The notes under the pieces: model-generated
What the model was told of the DNA's origin: nothing
Seen by the model: the letters and a program-made list of their open reading frames with translations, nothing else
The model's database searches: none
Shown here: one piece after another, positions 10,434-20,884 of the stretch
Layout of the letters: the number at the start of each line of letters is the position of its first letter
How positions within the stretch are numbered: position 1 is the first letter of the stretch
NCBI GenBank assembly: GCA_964352625.1
Contig: CAYGSD010000008.1
Location: forward strand, 61,712 to 125,711
Length of the DNA: 64,000 nucleotides
Direction of reading: 5' to 3'
Origin: an uncultured Roseivirgaceae bacterium
GTDB taxonomy: Bacteria > Bacteroidota > Bacteroidia > Cytophagales > Cyclobacteriaceae
Translations under genes and position numbers: made by a program

Positions 10434-11531
10434 CTAGACATTGAACCTAAAGTGCATGATGTCTCCATCTTTCACAACATATTCTTTTCCCTCTATGGCC
10501 AGTTTTCCAGCCTCTTTACAACCATGCTCCGTTTTGTACTGCTCGTAATCGGCCAGCTTGATCACTTCCGCTTTGATAAATCCCTTCTCAAAATCCGTAT
10601 GAATAACTCCGGCGGCTTGAGGAGCCTTCCATCCTTTCTTGATGGTCCATGCTCGCACCTCAGTGACACCAGCCGTGAAATAAGTGATAAGGTCAAGCAG
10701 TGAGTATGCCGACTTGATGAGCTTGCTAAGGCCGGATTCTTTCAGTCCATATTCGTCCAAGAACATTTCCTTCTCCTCCTGATCTTCCAGCTCCGCTATC
10801 TGCGCCTCGATGGAAGCAGAAACAATGACCAAATTAGCTCCTTCTTCCTGTGCTATTTTTTCTATTTCCTTGCTCCATTGGTTACCGGTGGTCACGGATT
10901 CCTCTTCTACATTAGCCACATAAATGATCGGCTTCTCGGTAAGTAGCTGAAGGTCTCGAATGGCCTCCCTGCTTTCCGGTTCCATTTCGAGCGCTCTGGC
11001 GTTCTTTCCTTGCTCTAAGTGCGCTTTGAATTTCAATAAGATTTCGTACTCCCTTTTGGCCTTGGCGTCCCCAGATTTACCCAGTTTCTCCACCCGCTGA
11101 ATCTTCTTTTCTACAGATTCCAAATCCTTCAGCTGCAATTCGGTATCAATGATTTCTTTGTCTGAAGTAGGGTTTACCCGACCCGCCACGTGCACAATAT
11201 TGTCGTCATCGAAGCAGCGCACGACATGGATGATGGCATCAACTTCTCTGATATTGGCCAAGAATTTATTACCAAGACCTTCACCCTTGCTAGCTCCTTC
11301 TACCAGACCGGCAATGTCAACAAATTCAATAACTGCAGGAATGACTTTTTCTGGAGAAACCAGACCTTCCAAAATGCCAAGGCGCTCATCTGGCACAGTA
11401 ATGACCCCCACGTTTGGTTCAATGGTGCAGAATGGGAAATTGGCCGCCTCAGCTTTGGCGTTAGAAAGAGCATTGAAAAGAGTGGACTTACCTACGTTTG
11501 GCAACCCGACGATTCCACATTGAAGACCCAT
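10434..11531 (-). CDS. ychF: Redox-regulated ribosome-binding ATPase YchF.
   Basis: The translation has GIVGLPNVGKSTLFNAL (G1) and a C-terminal TGS domain. The start is set at the internal Met (MGLQCGIVG) rather than the ORF-track upstream Met. Confidence 0.9.
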   Translation of the reverse strand: MGLQCGIVGLPNVGKSTLFNALSNAKAEAANFPFCTIEPNVGVITVPDERLGILEGLVSPEKVIPAVIEFVDIAGLVEGASKGEGLGNKFLANIREVDAIIHVVRCFDDDNIVHVAGRVNPTSDKEIIDTELQLKDLESVEKKIQRVEKLGKSGDAKAKREYEILLKFKAHLEQGKNARALEMEPESREAIRDLQLLTEKPIIYVANVEEESVTTGNQWSKEIEKIAQEEGANLVIVSASIEAQIAELEDQEEKEMFLDEYGLKESGLSKLIKSAYSLLDLITYFTAGVTEVRAWTIKKGWKAPQAAGVIHTDFEKGFIKAEVIKLADYEQYKTEHGCKEAGKLAIEGKEYVVKDGDIMHFRFNV

Positions 11532-11581
11532 GTTATTAGCTATTTGTGGGGTCTTTTTGTTTCGGTTTCTTGTAAACAAAA

Positions 11582-11607
11582 AAGCCCCCGATTATTTCGG
11601 GGGCGAA
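11582..11607 (-). terminator. Rho-independent terminator for the upstream minus-strand gene.
   Basis: A gcccccg...cgggggc hairpin is followed on the minus strand by a T6 run, just after the stop at 11625. Confidence 0.6.
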
Positions 11608-11624
11608 GTTCCTAATTTTTTTCT

Positions 11625-12014
11625 TTAATCCCACTTGAGTTCCGAATCTTCGGAAGAAACAGATTCTGCTTCCGGTACGGTTTCAGAAGAAGCTGACTTT
11701 GCTCTTTCTTCTTCTCTTTCCTCACCCATTCTGTCAAACTCCGCGAAATCCACGTCAGGCATAAGCTCATTTTTCACATGATTCACCGTGTTATTCATCG
11801 CCTCCAAGAACTTATTGAAATCCTCTTTGTAGAGAAAAATCTTATGTTTCTCGTAAACGAAACCATCATCTTTAGGTCTTCTCTTGCTCTCAGTAATAGT
11901 CAGGTAGTAATCATTCCCTCGCGTCGCTTTCACATCAAAAAAATAGGTTCTCTTGCCTGCACGCACTCGCTCCGAATAAATCTCTTCTCTGTCTTTGTCG
12001 TAATTGTCTTCCAC
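11625..12014 (-). CDS. DUF3276 family protein (PUR-alpha-like nucleic-acid-binding).
   Basis: The 129-aa ORF has repeated basic/aromatic beta-strand motifs and an acidic Ser/Glu C-terminal tail. The family name is from recall. Confidence 0.55.
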   Translation of the reverse strand: MEDNYDKDREEIYSERVRAGKRTYFFDVKATRGNDYYLTITESKRRPKDDGFVYEKHKIFLYKEDFNKFLEAMNNTVNHVKNELMPDVDFAEFDRMGEEREEERAKSASSETVPEAESVSSEDSELKWD

Positions 12015-12139
12015 TTTCTTCTAGGTTTAGTTCAGCTAATTGTACACAATCTTAAAAAATCTCCGTTTAAATATACCATTTTCTATGAGTTTCAACATTT
12101 TCTGATGATTATTCAAAATCAAGGCTTAACATTGAATTA

Positions 12140-13039
12140 ATGAACATTACCCTGCAGGACATAGCCCAATTCAATCAGCTTGATCTCCTTGCAAAGCAAC
12201 TTGTCGATGGCTTTATCACTGGACTCCACAAATCACCTTATCATGGTTTCTCGGTAGAATTTGCGGAGCATAAGCTTTACAATGCCGGGGAAAGCACGAA
12301 ACACATTGATTGGAAAGTGTTTGGTAGGACCGATCGATTGTATACGAAAAGGTATGAGGAGGAAACGAACCTGAGGTGCCACTTGCTCATTGATCAATCG
12401 CCATCTATGTTCTACCCGACCGGATCGCATGACAAGATCAAGTTCGCCGTACTATCAGCTGCCTCAATAGCTCATATGCTTATCAAGCAAAGAGATGCCG
12501 TTGGTGTGACAATGTTCTCAGACAAAATTGATTTTCAGAGCGAACAAAAGTCGACCAGCTCCCATTTGCACAGGCTGCTACAAACGATGGGTGAAGCACT
12601 CGAAAGTCCGGCAAGAGGTAATACGGATATCACCACCGTATTGCATGAAATCGCCGAGAAAGCACATAAGCGATCATTGATCGTGTTGTTTACCGATATG
12701 TTTCAGCAGGGTGCATCAGAAGACTTGTACTCCGCGTTGCAGCATTTGAAGCATAACCTGAATGAGGTCATTGTTTTCCACGTTTCGGATTACTCCACTG
12801 AGTTAGAGTTTGAATTCGCTGATCGGCCAACCAAGTTTGTGGATTTGGAAACTGGCCAGACGATTAAGCTAAATCCTTATTCGATCAAACAGGAATACAA
12901 AAATGAAATGGCGAAATTCTACAAAGAGATCAAGCTACGATGCGGTATGCTAAAGGTTGATTTCGTGGAAGTAAACACAGCCGACCCTTTTGACAAAGTG
13001 CTTGGGTCTTTTTTGATCAAGAGAAAGAAGATGAGATAG
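12140..13039 (+). CDS. DUF58 domain protein (vWA-like; associated with MoxR/BatA).
   Basis: The 299-aa ORF has the conserved DQSPSM segment. The family name is from recall. Confidence 0.75.
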   Translation: MNITLQDIAQFNQLDLLAKQLVDGFITGLHKSPYHGFSVEFAEHKLYNAGESTKHIDWKVFGRTDRLYTKRYEEETNLRCHLLIDQSPSMFYPTGSHDKIKFAVLSAASIAHMLIKQRDAVGVTMFSDKIDFQSEQKSTSSHLHRLLQTMGEALESPARGNTDITTVLHEIAEKAHKRSLIVLFTDMFQQGASEDLYSALQHLKHNLNEVIVFHVSDYSTELEFEFADRPTKFVDLETGQTIKLNPYSIKQEYKNEMAKFYKEIKLRCGMLKVDFVEVNTADPFDKVLGSFLIKRKKMR

Positions 13040-13040
13040 T

Positions 13041-13331
13041 CTATAATACCCAACCCTTAAGTAGCAATAAAACACTGCAGATTATCGTAATCGTGAAACT
13101 TACTCGCATAAGCAGACCCATGAACATCAAATGTTTCTTGGAATCTTCATCCGATTCTTGATCTGCTAGCCTATTGAATCGATCAATATCCACAGATTGA
13201 TCATGAACATCCCACCATCGGCTTCCCTCACCACTTTTCGATCCCTGCTCTCGTATCCAAAAGAACATTAGGCCAAAAAAACCAGTACTGATTATTAAAA
13301 TGATTTTAACTATGATCCAAAAGATGGGCAC
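13041..13331 (-). CDS. Hypothetical small membrane protein.
   Basis: The 96-aa ORF has two predicted TM helices. No family was recognised. Confidence 0.35.
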   Translation of the reverse strand: MPIFWIIVKIILIISTGFFGLMFFWIREQGSKSGEGSRWWDVHDQSVDIDRFNRLADQESDEDSKKHLMFMGLLMRVSFTITIICSVLLLLKGWVL

Positions 13332-13334
13332 AAC

Positions 13335-14757
<1,423 letters not shown>

Positions 14758-14761
<4 letters not shown>

Positions 14762-15636
14762 ACAAAATATACCAAGCCCCAGTGATCGTAGGCTGCATGA
14801 AACTAGGCCAATGGGGAGCTAAATTTTCCACCGATGAATTGGAGCGATTCATTGATCAGTGCCTTGATGTGGGTCTGAACGAATTCGACCATGCGGACAT
14901 TTACGGTGCGCACACGACGGAGGCGGAATTTGGTGAAGTGATCAAACGACGACCCGATTTGAAATCAAAGGTGAAGGTCACCACTAAGTGCGGGATCGCC
15001 TATCCAAGTGATTTGAGGGATCACACGATCAAACACTACATCTCTACGTCTTCATATTTAGAAAAGTCCATCGACCTAGCCCTGAAAAATCTTCAGCTAG
15101 AGCAAATCGATGTTTTCCTGGTTCACCGACCAGACTACCTCATGGATCCTGCTGATATTGCCTCGGCAGTAGACAAAGCCAAGTCATCCGGAAAAATCAA
15201 CCACTTCGGCGTTTCCAATTTCCAACCAGATCAGTTTGAATTGCTGAACAAGCACACACCTTTGGCTACCAATCAAATAGAAGTCTCCGTAAACCATCTC
15301 CAGCCCTTCACCGATGGTACGCTGACTCAGCTACAAAAACTTGAAGTGCAACCAAGCGCATGGTCGCCTCTTGCAGGTGGGGTGATCTTTGGAAGTCAGG
15401 ATGAACAATCGACGCGCATTAGAGAAACAGCGACCCAACTCGCCGAGAAAAAGAACTGTAAGGTCGATCAGATCCTTCTGGCGTTCGTTACGAAGCATCC
15501 TTCAGGGATTATCCCCGTTCTGGGTACTTCTAAAATTGACCGGATCGGAGATGCCATAGCCGCTTCGCACATTCAACTTACACATGAAGAATGGTACGAG
15601 CTGTGGACGGCCAGTATCGGAGAGAAAGTAAAATAA
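14758..15636 (+). CDS. Aldo/keto reductase.
   Basis: The size and sequence are AKR-like, with a catalytic tetrad context (DHADIYG, VHRPD). There is a 4-nt ATGA overlap with the upstream gene. Confidence 0.85.
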
Positions 15637-15641
15637 AAGAA

Positions 15642-15672
15642 GCCTCCCGAATGGTCGGAAGGCTTTGAATGA
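15642..15672. terminator. Weak bidirectional hairpin between convergent genes.
   Basis: aagcctcccga...tcggaaggctt is an imperfect 11-bp stem with an A-run before and a short T-run after. Confidence 0.3.
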
Positions 15673-15682
15673 AGGCAAAATC

Positions 15683-16093
15683 TTAATTACACTTCCAATC
15701 TTTAAGATCGATTTCAAAGGTTGTTAGATCGATCTTGGTAATTTCCTTATATCCATTATGATCTGGCTTATATATCGCACCAGTAGCAATGTCAATAACC
15801 AAACCGGCTAGCCCCCAATTGAATAAAACGTAACCTATTCCAAATTTCTTGTCAAAATTCCTAACTACATCCTCGCATCCGTCCTTTTTCAATGTAATGC
15901 TCAGATCATTCTTTCGCTTAAAAGTCTTTGTAACTTTCCCAGTACCTATTAACTCTCCTCTCGAATAAATCTTTACAGAAGGATCTCCAGTTTCGATTGT
16001 TGCAGTATAAGAGCTAGTTCTAAACATAGCTGCACAAGATGAAAAGAGAAAGAGTGCGGCCATCAATGTTGTACTTAATACTTGTTTGTTCAT
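15683..16093 (-). CDS. Hypothetical lipoprotein.
   Basis: There is a signal peptide with a Cys (LFLFSSCAA). The size is 136 aa. Confidence 0.45.
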   Translation of the reverse strand: MNKQVLSTTLMAALFLFSSCAAMFRTSSYTATIETGDPSVKIYSRGELIGTGKVTKTFKRKNDLSITLKKDGCEDVVRNFDKKFGIGYVLFNWGLAGLVIDIATGAIYKPDHNGYKEITKIDLTTFEIDLKDWKCN

Positions 16094-16264
16094 AGTGTTG
16101 GTTTTTTAGGTAGCAAAAAAAGAGATTTTCATGAAATTATCAATAACGCAAAACGACATTTTGTAATTAGAATTTTCAGTTAGATAAAATTGGTCTCTGG
16201 CTAATCCTGAAATCGCAGCATACTATAAAGTGGCCTTAACACTTCCTCCAACCCTTCTTTCTTC

Positions 16265-16272
16265 TATCTTTG
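16265..16272 (+). promoter_or_regulatory. Candidate Bacteroidetes sigma-A −7 element (TAtcTTTG) upstream of acnB.
   Basis: It matches the TAnnTTTG consensus 22 nt upstream of the acnB ATG. This is a motif match only. Confidence 0.25.
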
Positions 16273-16293
16273 TTTACCAAGAAAAATGCATAC

Positions 16294-19071
16294 ATGAATA
16301 CCTACAGCGACTACATACAGGAGATTGAAGAACGAAAAAGTCAAGGACTTCATCCAAAGCCCATTGATGGAGCTGAACTACTCAGTGAGATCATTGAGCA
16401 GATCAAGGATTCGGGACATGAACACCGAGCAGACTCACTCAATTTCTTCATTTACAATACCATCCCCGGTACTACGAGCGCAGCAGGTGTTAAGGCAAAA
16501 TTCTTAAAAGAGATTATTCTGGGTGAATCTGTAGTAGAAGAAATCACCCCAACTTTTGCTTTTGAGTTGTTGTCCCATATGAAAGGTGGGCCATCCATTG
16601 AAGTGCTTTTAGATTTAGCCCTGGGCAATGATGCCACCATTGCTAAGCAAGCTGCGGATGTATTAAAAACACAGGTATTCCTTTATGATGCCGATACGGC
16701 TCGCCTTGCCGAGGCATTTAAAAGCGGTAATGCAATCGCCAAGGATATTTTAGAGAGCTACGCCAAAGCTGATTTCTTCACACAGCTACCTGATGTAGAA
16801 GAAGAAATTGAGGTGGTCACGTTCATCGCCGGTGTTGGAGATATCTCTACGGATTTACTTTCACCTGGTGGAGATGCGCACTCGAGATCAGATCGTGAGT
16901 TGCATGGTCAATGCATTTTCGAACACAATAAGGAAATGCAAAAGGAACTTCTTGCGCTCAAAGAAAAATATCCGGATAAGCGTGTGATGCTGATTGCCGA
17001 AAAAGGAACAATGGGCGTGGGTTCGTCAAGAATGTCTGGAGTCAACAACGTAGCGCTGTGGACGGGCATTCAGGCTAGTCCGTATGTTCCGTTTATCAAC
17101 ATCGCTCCGATCATTGCAGGAACAAATGGCATCTCACCAATTTTCTTAACCACAGTCGGAGTGACAGGAGGTATCGGCATTGATCTAAAGAATTGGGTCA
17201 AAAAGACGGATGCAGATGGCAATACGGTTATCGGTGCAGACGGTGAACCTGTCTTAGAACAAACCTATTCGGTGGAAACAGGTACTGTTTTAACGATCAA
17301 CACCAAAGAGAAAAAGCTTTACAAAGACGGGGTGGCAGTAAAAGATATTTCTACAGCATTGACTCCACAGAAAGTTGAATTCATCAAAGCTGCCGGATCC
17401 TATGCCGTAGTATTCGGGAAGAAGATTCAAACGTTCGCAGCAAAGACGTTAGGAATTGAAGCTCCTGTCGTATTTGCTCCATCAAAAGAAGTTTCTGTCG
17501 AAGGACAAGGGCTAACAGCCGTTGAGAAAATCTTCAATAAAAACGCAGTAGGAACTACTCCGGGAAAAATATTGCATGCCGGTTCTGATGTGCGGGTAGA
17601 AGTGAACATTATTGGATCGCAGGACACCACCGGCTTAATGACCTCTCAGGAATTGGAGGCTATGGCCGCTACCACAATTTCGCCAATCGTAGATGGTGCT
17701 TACCAGTCTGGATGTCACACCGCGTCGGTTTGGGATAAGAAAGCACAAGAGAACATTCCAAAGCTCATGAAATTCATGAATGATTTTGGTCTTATTACGG
17801 GACGTGACCCAAATGGTAAATACCACGCCATGACCGATGTGATTCACAAGGTGCTGAACGACATTACCATTGATGATTGGGCCATCATCATCGGTGGAGA
17901 TTCGCACACGAGAATGTCAAAAGGTGTGGCCTTTGGCGCTGACTCAGGAACAGTTGCCCTTGCCTTGGCTACAGGCGAGGCTTCCATGCCAATTCCGGAA
18001 TCGGTCAAAGTAACCTTCAAAGGCACCATGGAAGATTACATGGATTTCCGTGACATTGTTCACGCTACGCAATCACAAATGCTGAAGCAGTTTGGTGGAG
18101 AGAACGTCTTTCAAGGTAGAATCATTGAAGTTCACCTTGGCACGCTCACAGCCGATCAGGCATTCACATTCACTGACTGGACGGCCGAGATGAAAGCCAA
18201 GGCATCTATCTGTATTTCTGAAGATGAGACTCTGATTGAATCACTGGAGATTGCGAAGGGCAGAATCCAGATCATGATCGACAAGGGCATGGACAATAAG
18301 AAACAAGTGCTTCAAGGATTGATTGACCGAGCCAACAAGCGAATTAATGAAATCAAATCCGGCGAGAAACCAGCGCTTACGCCAGATGCAAATGCCAAGT
18401 ATTACGCCGAGGTAGAAATTGATTTGGATGTGGTTTCAGAGCCAATGATCGCAGACCCAGACGTAAATAATGAGGATGTTTCCAAGCGATACACGCATGA
18501 CACCATCCGGCCTTTGTCTTTCTATGGCGGCACTAAAAAAGTGGATTTGGGATTCGTGGGTTCATGCATGGTGCACAAAGGCGACATGAAAATACTCGCT
18601 CAGATGCTGAAGAACATCGAAGGAGCAAATGGAAAAGTAGAATTCAAGGCACCACTTGTGGTGGCCCCTCCTACTTACAACATCGTGGATGAACTGAAAG
18701 CAGAGGGTGACTGGGAAGTGTTGCAGAAATACTCTGGGTTCGAATTTGACGACAATGCGCCTAAAGGAGCTGCTCGTACCAAATACGAAAACATGTTGTA
18801 CCTGGAGCGTCCGGGCTGCAACCTCTGTATGGGTAACCAAGAGAAAGCAGCACCCGGAGATACAGTGATGGCGACTTCTACCCGTCTTTTCCAGGGTAGA
18901 GTCGTGAAGGATTCTACCGAGAAAAAAGGAGAGTCTTTACTTTCTTCCACACCCGTCGTTGTTCTTTCTACGGCACTTGGTCGAACACCAACTATGGATG
19001 AATACAAAGCAGCCGTAAAGGGCATCAACTTGACAAAGTTTGCCCCATCAAGGAAGTTGATGGCGAGCTAG
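16294..19071 (+). CDS. acnB: Bifunctional aconitate hydratase 2 / 2-methylisocitrate dehydratase.
   Basis: The ~925-aa length and the AcnB HEAT-like N-terminal domain plus aconitase catalytic regions support the call. The start is set at MNTYSDY. Confidence 0.9.
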   Translation: MNTYSDYIQEIEERKSQGLHPKPIDGAELLSEIIEQIKDSGHEHRADSLNFFIYNTIPGTTSAAGVKAKFLKEIILGESVVEEITPTFAFELLSHMKGGPSIEVLLDLALGNDATIAKQAADVLKTQVFLYDADTARLAEAFKSGNAIAKDILESYAKADFFTQLPDVEEEIEVVTFIAGVGDISTDLLSPGGDAHSRSDRELHGQCIFEHNKEMQKELLALKEKYPDKRVMLIAEKGTMGVGSSRMSGVNNVALWTGIQASPYVPFINIAPIIAGTNGISPIFLTTVGVTGGIGIDLKNWVKKTDADGNTVIGADGEPVLEQTYSVETGTVLTINTKEKKLYKDGVAVKDISTALTPQKVEFIKAAGSYAVVFGKKIQTFAAKTLGIEAPVVFAPSKEVSVEGQGLTAVEKIFNKNAVGTTPGKILHAGSDVRVEVNIIGSQDTTGLMTSQELEAMAATTISPIVDGAYQSGCHTASVWDKKAQENIPKLMKFMNDFGLITGRDPNGKYHAMTDVIHKVLNDITIDDWAIIIGGDSHTRMSKGVAFGADSGTVALALATGEASMPIPESVKVTFKGTMEDYMDFRDIVHATQSQMLKQFGGENVFQGRIIEVHLGTLTADQAFTFTDWTAEMKAKASICISEDETLIESLEIAKGRIQIMIDKGMDNKKQVLQGLIDRANKRINEIKSGEKPALTPDANAKYYAEVEIDLDVVSEPMIADPDVNNEDVSKRYTHDTIRPLSFYGGTKKVDLGFVGSCMVHKGDMKILAQMLKNIEGANGKVEFKAPLVVAPPTYNIVDELKAEGDWEVLQKYSGFEFDDNAPKGAARTKYENMLYLERPGCNLCMGNQEKAAPGDTVMATSTRLFQGRVVKDSTEKKGESLLSSTPVVVLSTALGRTPTMDEYKAAVKGINLTKFAPSRKLMAS

Positions 19072-19093
19072 TTTTCCGATCATATGAAAATCA

Positions 19094-19127
19094 AAAAGCC
19101 CGAGTTGTAAGACTTGGGCTTTTTTGT
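19094..19127 (+). terminator. Rho-independent terminator after acnB.
   Basis: The hairpin gcccgag...cttgggc is followed by a T7 run. Confidence 0.55.
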
Positions 19128-19230
19128 TGCTTCTAATAATAAAACAGTTCATTTGATTCAAGTGATTAAACACAAAAGCCGGACATCACGCTCTATCTAT
19201 GCTATTTTAGTGATAATCAATCCAACCTAG

Positions 19231-20565
19231 ATGATAAAATTTCCGAATGCTTTCGTAATTATTCTATCTGTAATACTATTCGCATGGGTACTTACATTCA
19301 TAATACCCAAGGGCAATTATCAAAGAAAAATTGATACTATATCTGAGCGAACTTCGGTTGTTCCTGACTCCTATAAACAAACAGACGCTCCGAATCTTTC
19401 CGTTTTTGATGTACTACTAGCAATACCTAAGGGAATTGCCGGACGAGCCGATCTAATTGTCTTAATACTGCTACTTGGAGGATGCTTCTATTTAATTGAA
19501 AAGACTGGAGCACTAAATCAAGGCTTAAATCAGCTAATCGTAGTATTGAAGGGTAAGGAATCACTTGCCTTGGTTATTATAACAGTCTTGTTCCTGACAG
19601 CTGGGTTTGCAATTGCTTTGCAAGAAGAGATAATTGCAATGACTCCAATCCTTTTGCTATTTGGACGTAGTTTAGGTTATAGCACCGCAACAACTATCTA
19701 TGCCAGTTACGGATCAGCAGTTGTTGGTTCGGCGTTTAGCCCTTTTAATCCGTTTGGAGTAATTATCGCACAAAAGGAAGCAGAAGTTGAGCTACTTTCA
19801 GGATCAGAATTCAGATTAATTGTTCTGTGCATTGCTGCAATAGTTTGGACTATTTACATAGTTCGATATGCACGAAATCATAGGGTAGAGAAATCAAAGG
19901 AGACGTTAGTAATCGAAAAACTTACCTTAAGAAATCAAATCATATTAATACTGCTTGTCATGACATTGGGAGTCGTCACTTATGGTTTGATCTCACTGTC
20001 TTGGGGATTTAATGAAATGTCGGCTTGCTTTTTTGCATTAGGAATTCTTTGCGGTCTCATCGCAAACTTTGGAATCAATAAGACGACAGAGGTTTATGTG
20101 GACGGATTTAAAGAAATGATTTTTGCCTGTATTATAATCGGACTCGCAAACAGTATTTCGGTGATATTGAGTGAAGGATCGATAATAGATACTATTGTAT
20201 TTGGTCTTTTTGGCCCATTAAAAAATGTTCCTTCGTCCTTATCAGCTGTGTTAATGATGGTATCTCATACCCTTCTTCATTTCCCTATCCCTAGTTACTC
20301 TGGACAAGCCATTCTAACAATGCCTATTCTAACACCGCTGGCAGATCTGATTGGTCTATCGAGACAAGTCTGTGTACTTGCTTATCAGTACGGCGCTATC
20401 ATGATGGATGTGATTGTACCAACAAACGGGGCTTTAATGGCTATTATCGCTCTAGGGGGAATCAAATACAATAACTGGATAAAGTTCATCATCAAACCAA
20501 CGCTGTTAATGTTAGGAATTGCAGCTGTTGCTATTTTAATAGCTGTGCAAATTGGATATGCTTAA
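19231..20565 (+). CDS. YfcC family (putative anion / C4-dicarboxylate-type) transporter.
   Basis: The 444-aa protein is polytopic. Its N-terminal MIKFPNAFVIIL motif is typical of YfcC/DcuC-like carriers. Confidence 0.65.
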   Translation: MIKFPNAFVIILSVILFAWVLTFIIPKGNYQRKIDTISERTSVVPDSYKQTDAPNLSVFDVLLAIPKGIAGRADLIVLILLLGGCFYLIEKTGALNQGLNQLIVVLKGKESLALVIITVLFLTAGFAIALQEEIIAMTPILLLFGRSLGYSTATTIYASYGSAVVGSAFSPFNPFGVIIAQKEAEVELLSGSEFRLIVLCIAAIVWTIYIVRYARNHRVEKSKETLVIEKLTLRNQIILILLVMTLGVVTYGLISLSWGFNEMSACFFALGILCGLIANFGINKTTEVYVDGFKEMIFACIIIGLANSISVILSEGSIIDTIVFGLFGPLKNVPSSLSAVLMMVSHTLLHFPIPSYSGQAILTMPILTPLADLIGLSRQVCVLAYQYGAIMMDVIVPTNGALMAIIALGGIKYNNWIKFIIKPTLLMLGIAAVAILIAVQIGYA

Positions 20566-20884
20566 AAGCTGATATCAGATGCCCCATCGCTGGTGCGAAC
20601 TTGTAGCTCTCACCTCATATGAAGTCAACCTTATCTATAAATAACTTCAATCAATTTGCAACTAAATAATAGTCACAAAGTATGCTTGCATAGAAATGAC
20701 CAAGAAGAGTAAACTACTTGAGAAGCTTAAGCGGAAGGATAAGAGAATCATAGTATGATTTAACCATTCTAAACCTCACCTACCTTCAGTGCAACCATTG
20801 CACCCTCAGAACCAATGCCCCCTAATTGATGTTTCCCAATAGAATCGTTAATTTTAGAGTTCATCAAATTTTAACCAACAGCAT

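Noticed and set aside
11532-11579. The ORF-track N-terminal extension of YchF (MFTRNRNKKTPQIANN).
   Set aside because: YchF orthologs begin at MG(L/I)KCGIVG. The extension would run into the upstream terminator.
11149-11615. Two plus-strand ORFs (124 and 141 aa) inside ychF.
   Set aside because: They are antisense to a highly conserved YchF coding sequence and have no family resemblance.
20566-20884. A 319-bp intergenic region upstream of acnA, examined for tRNA, sRNA or small-ORF content.
   Set aside because: There is no cloverleaf-compatible or conserved ncRNA motif that I could recognise. The only ORF is 19 codons.
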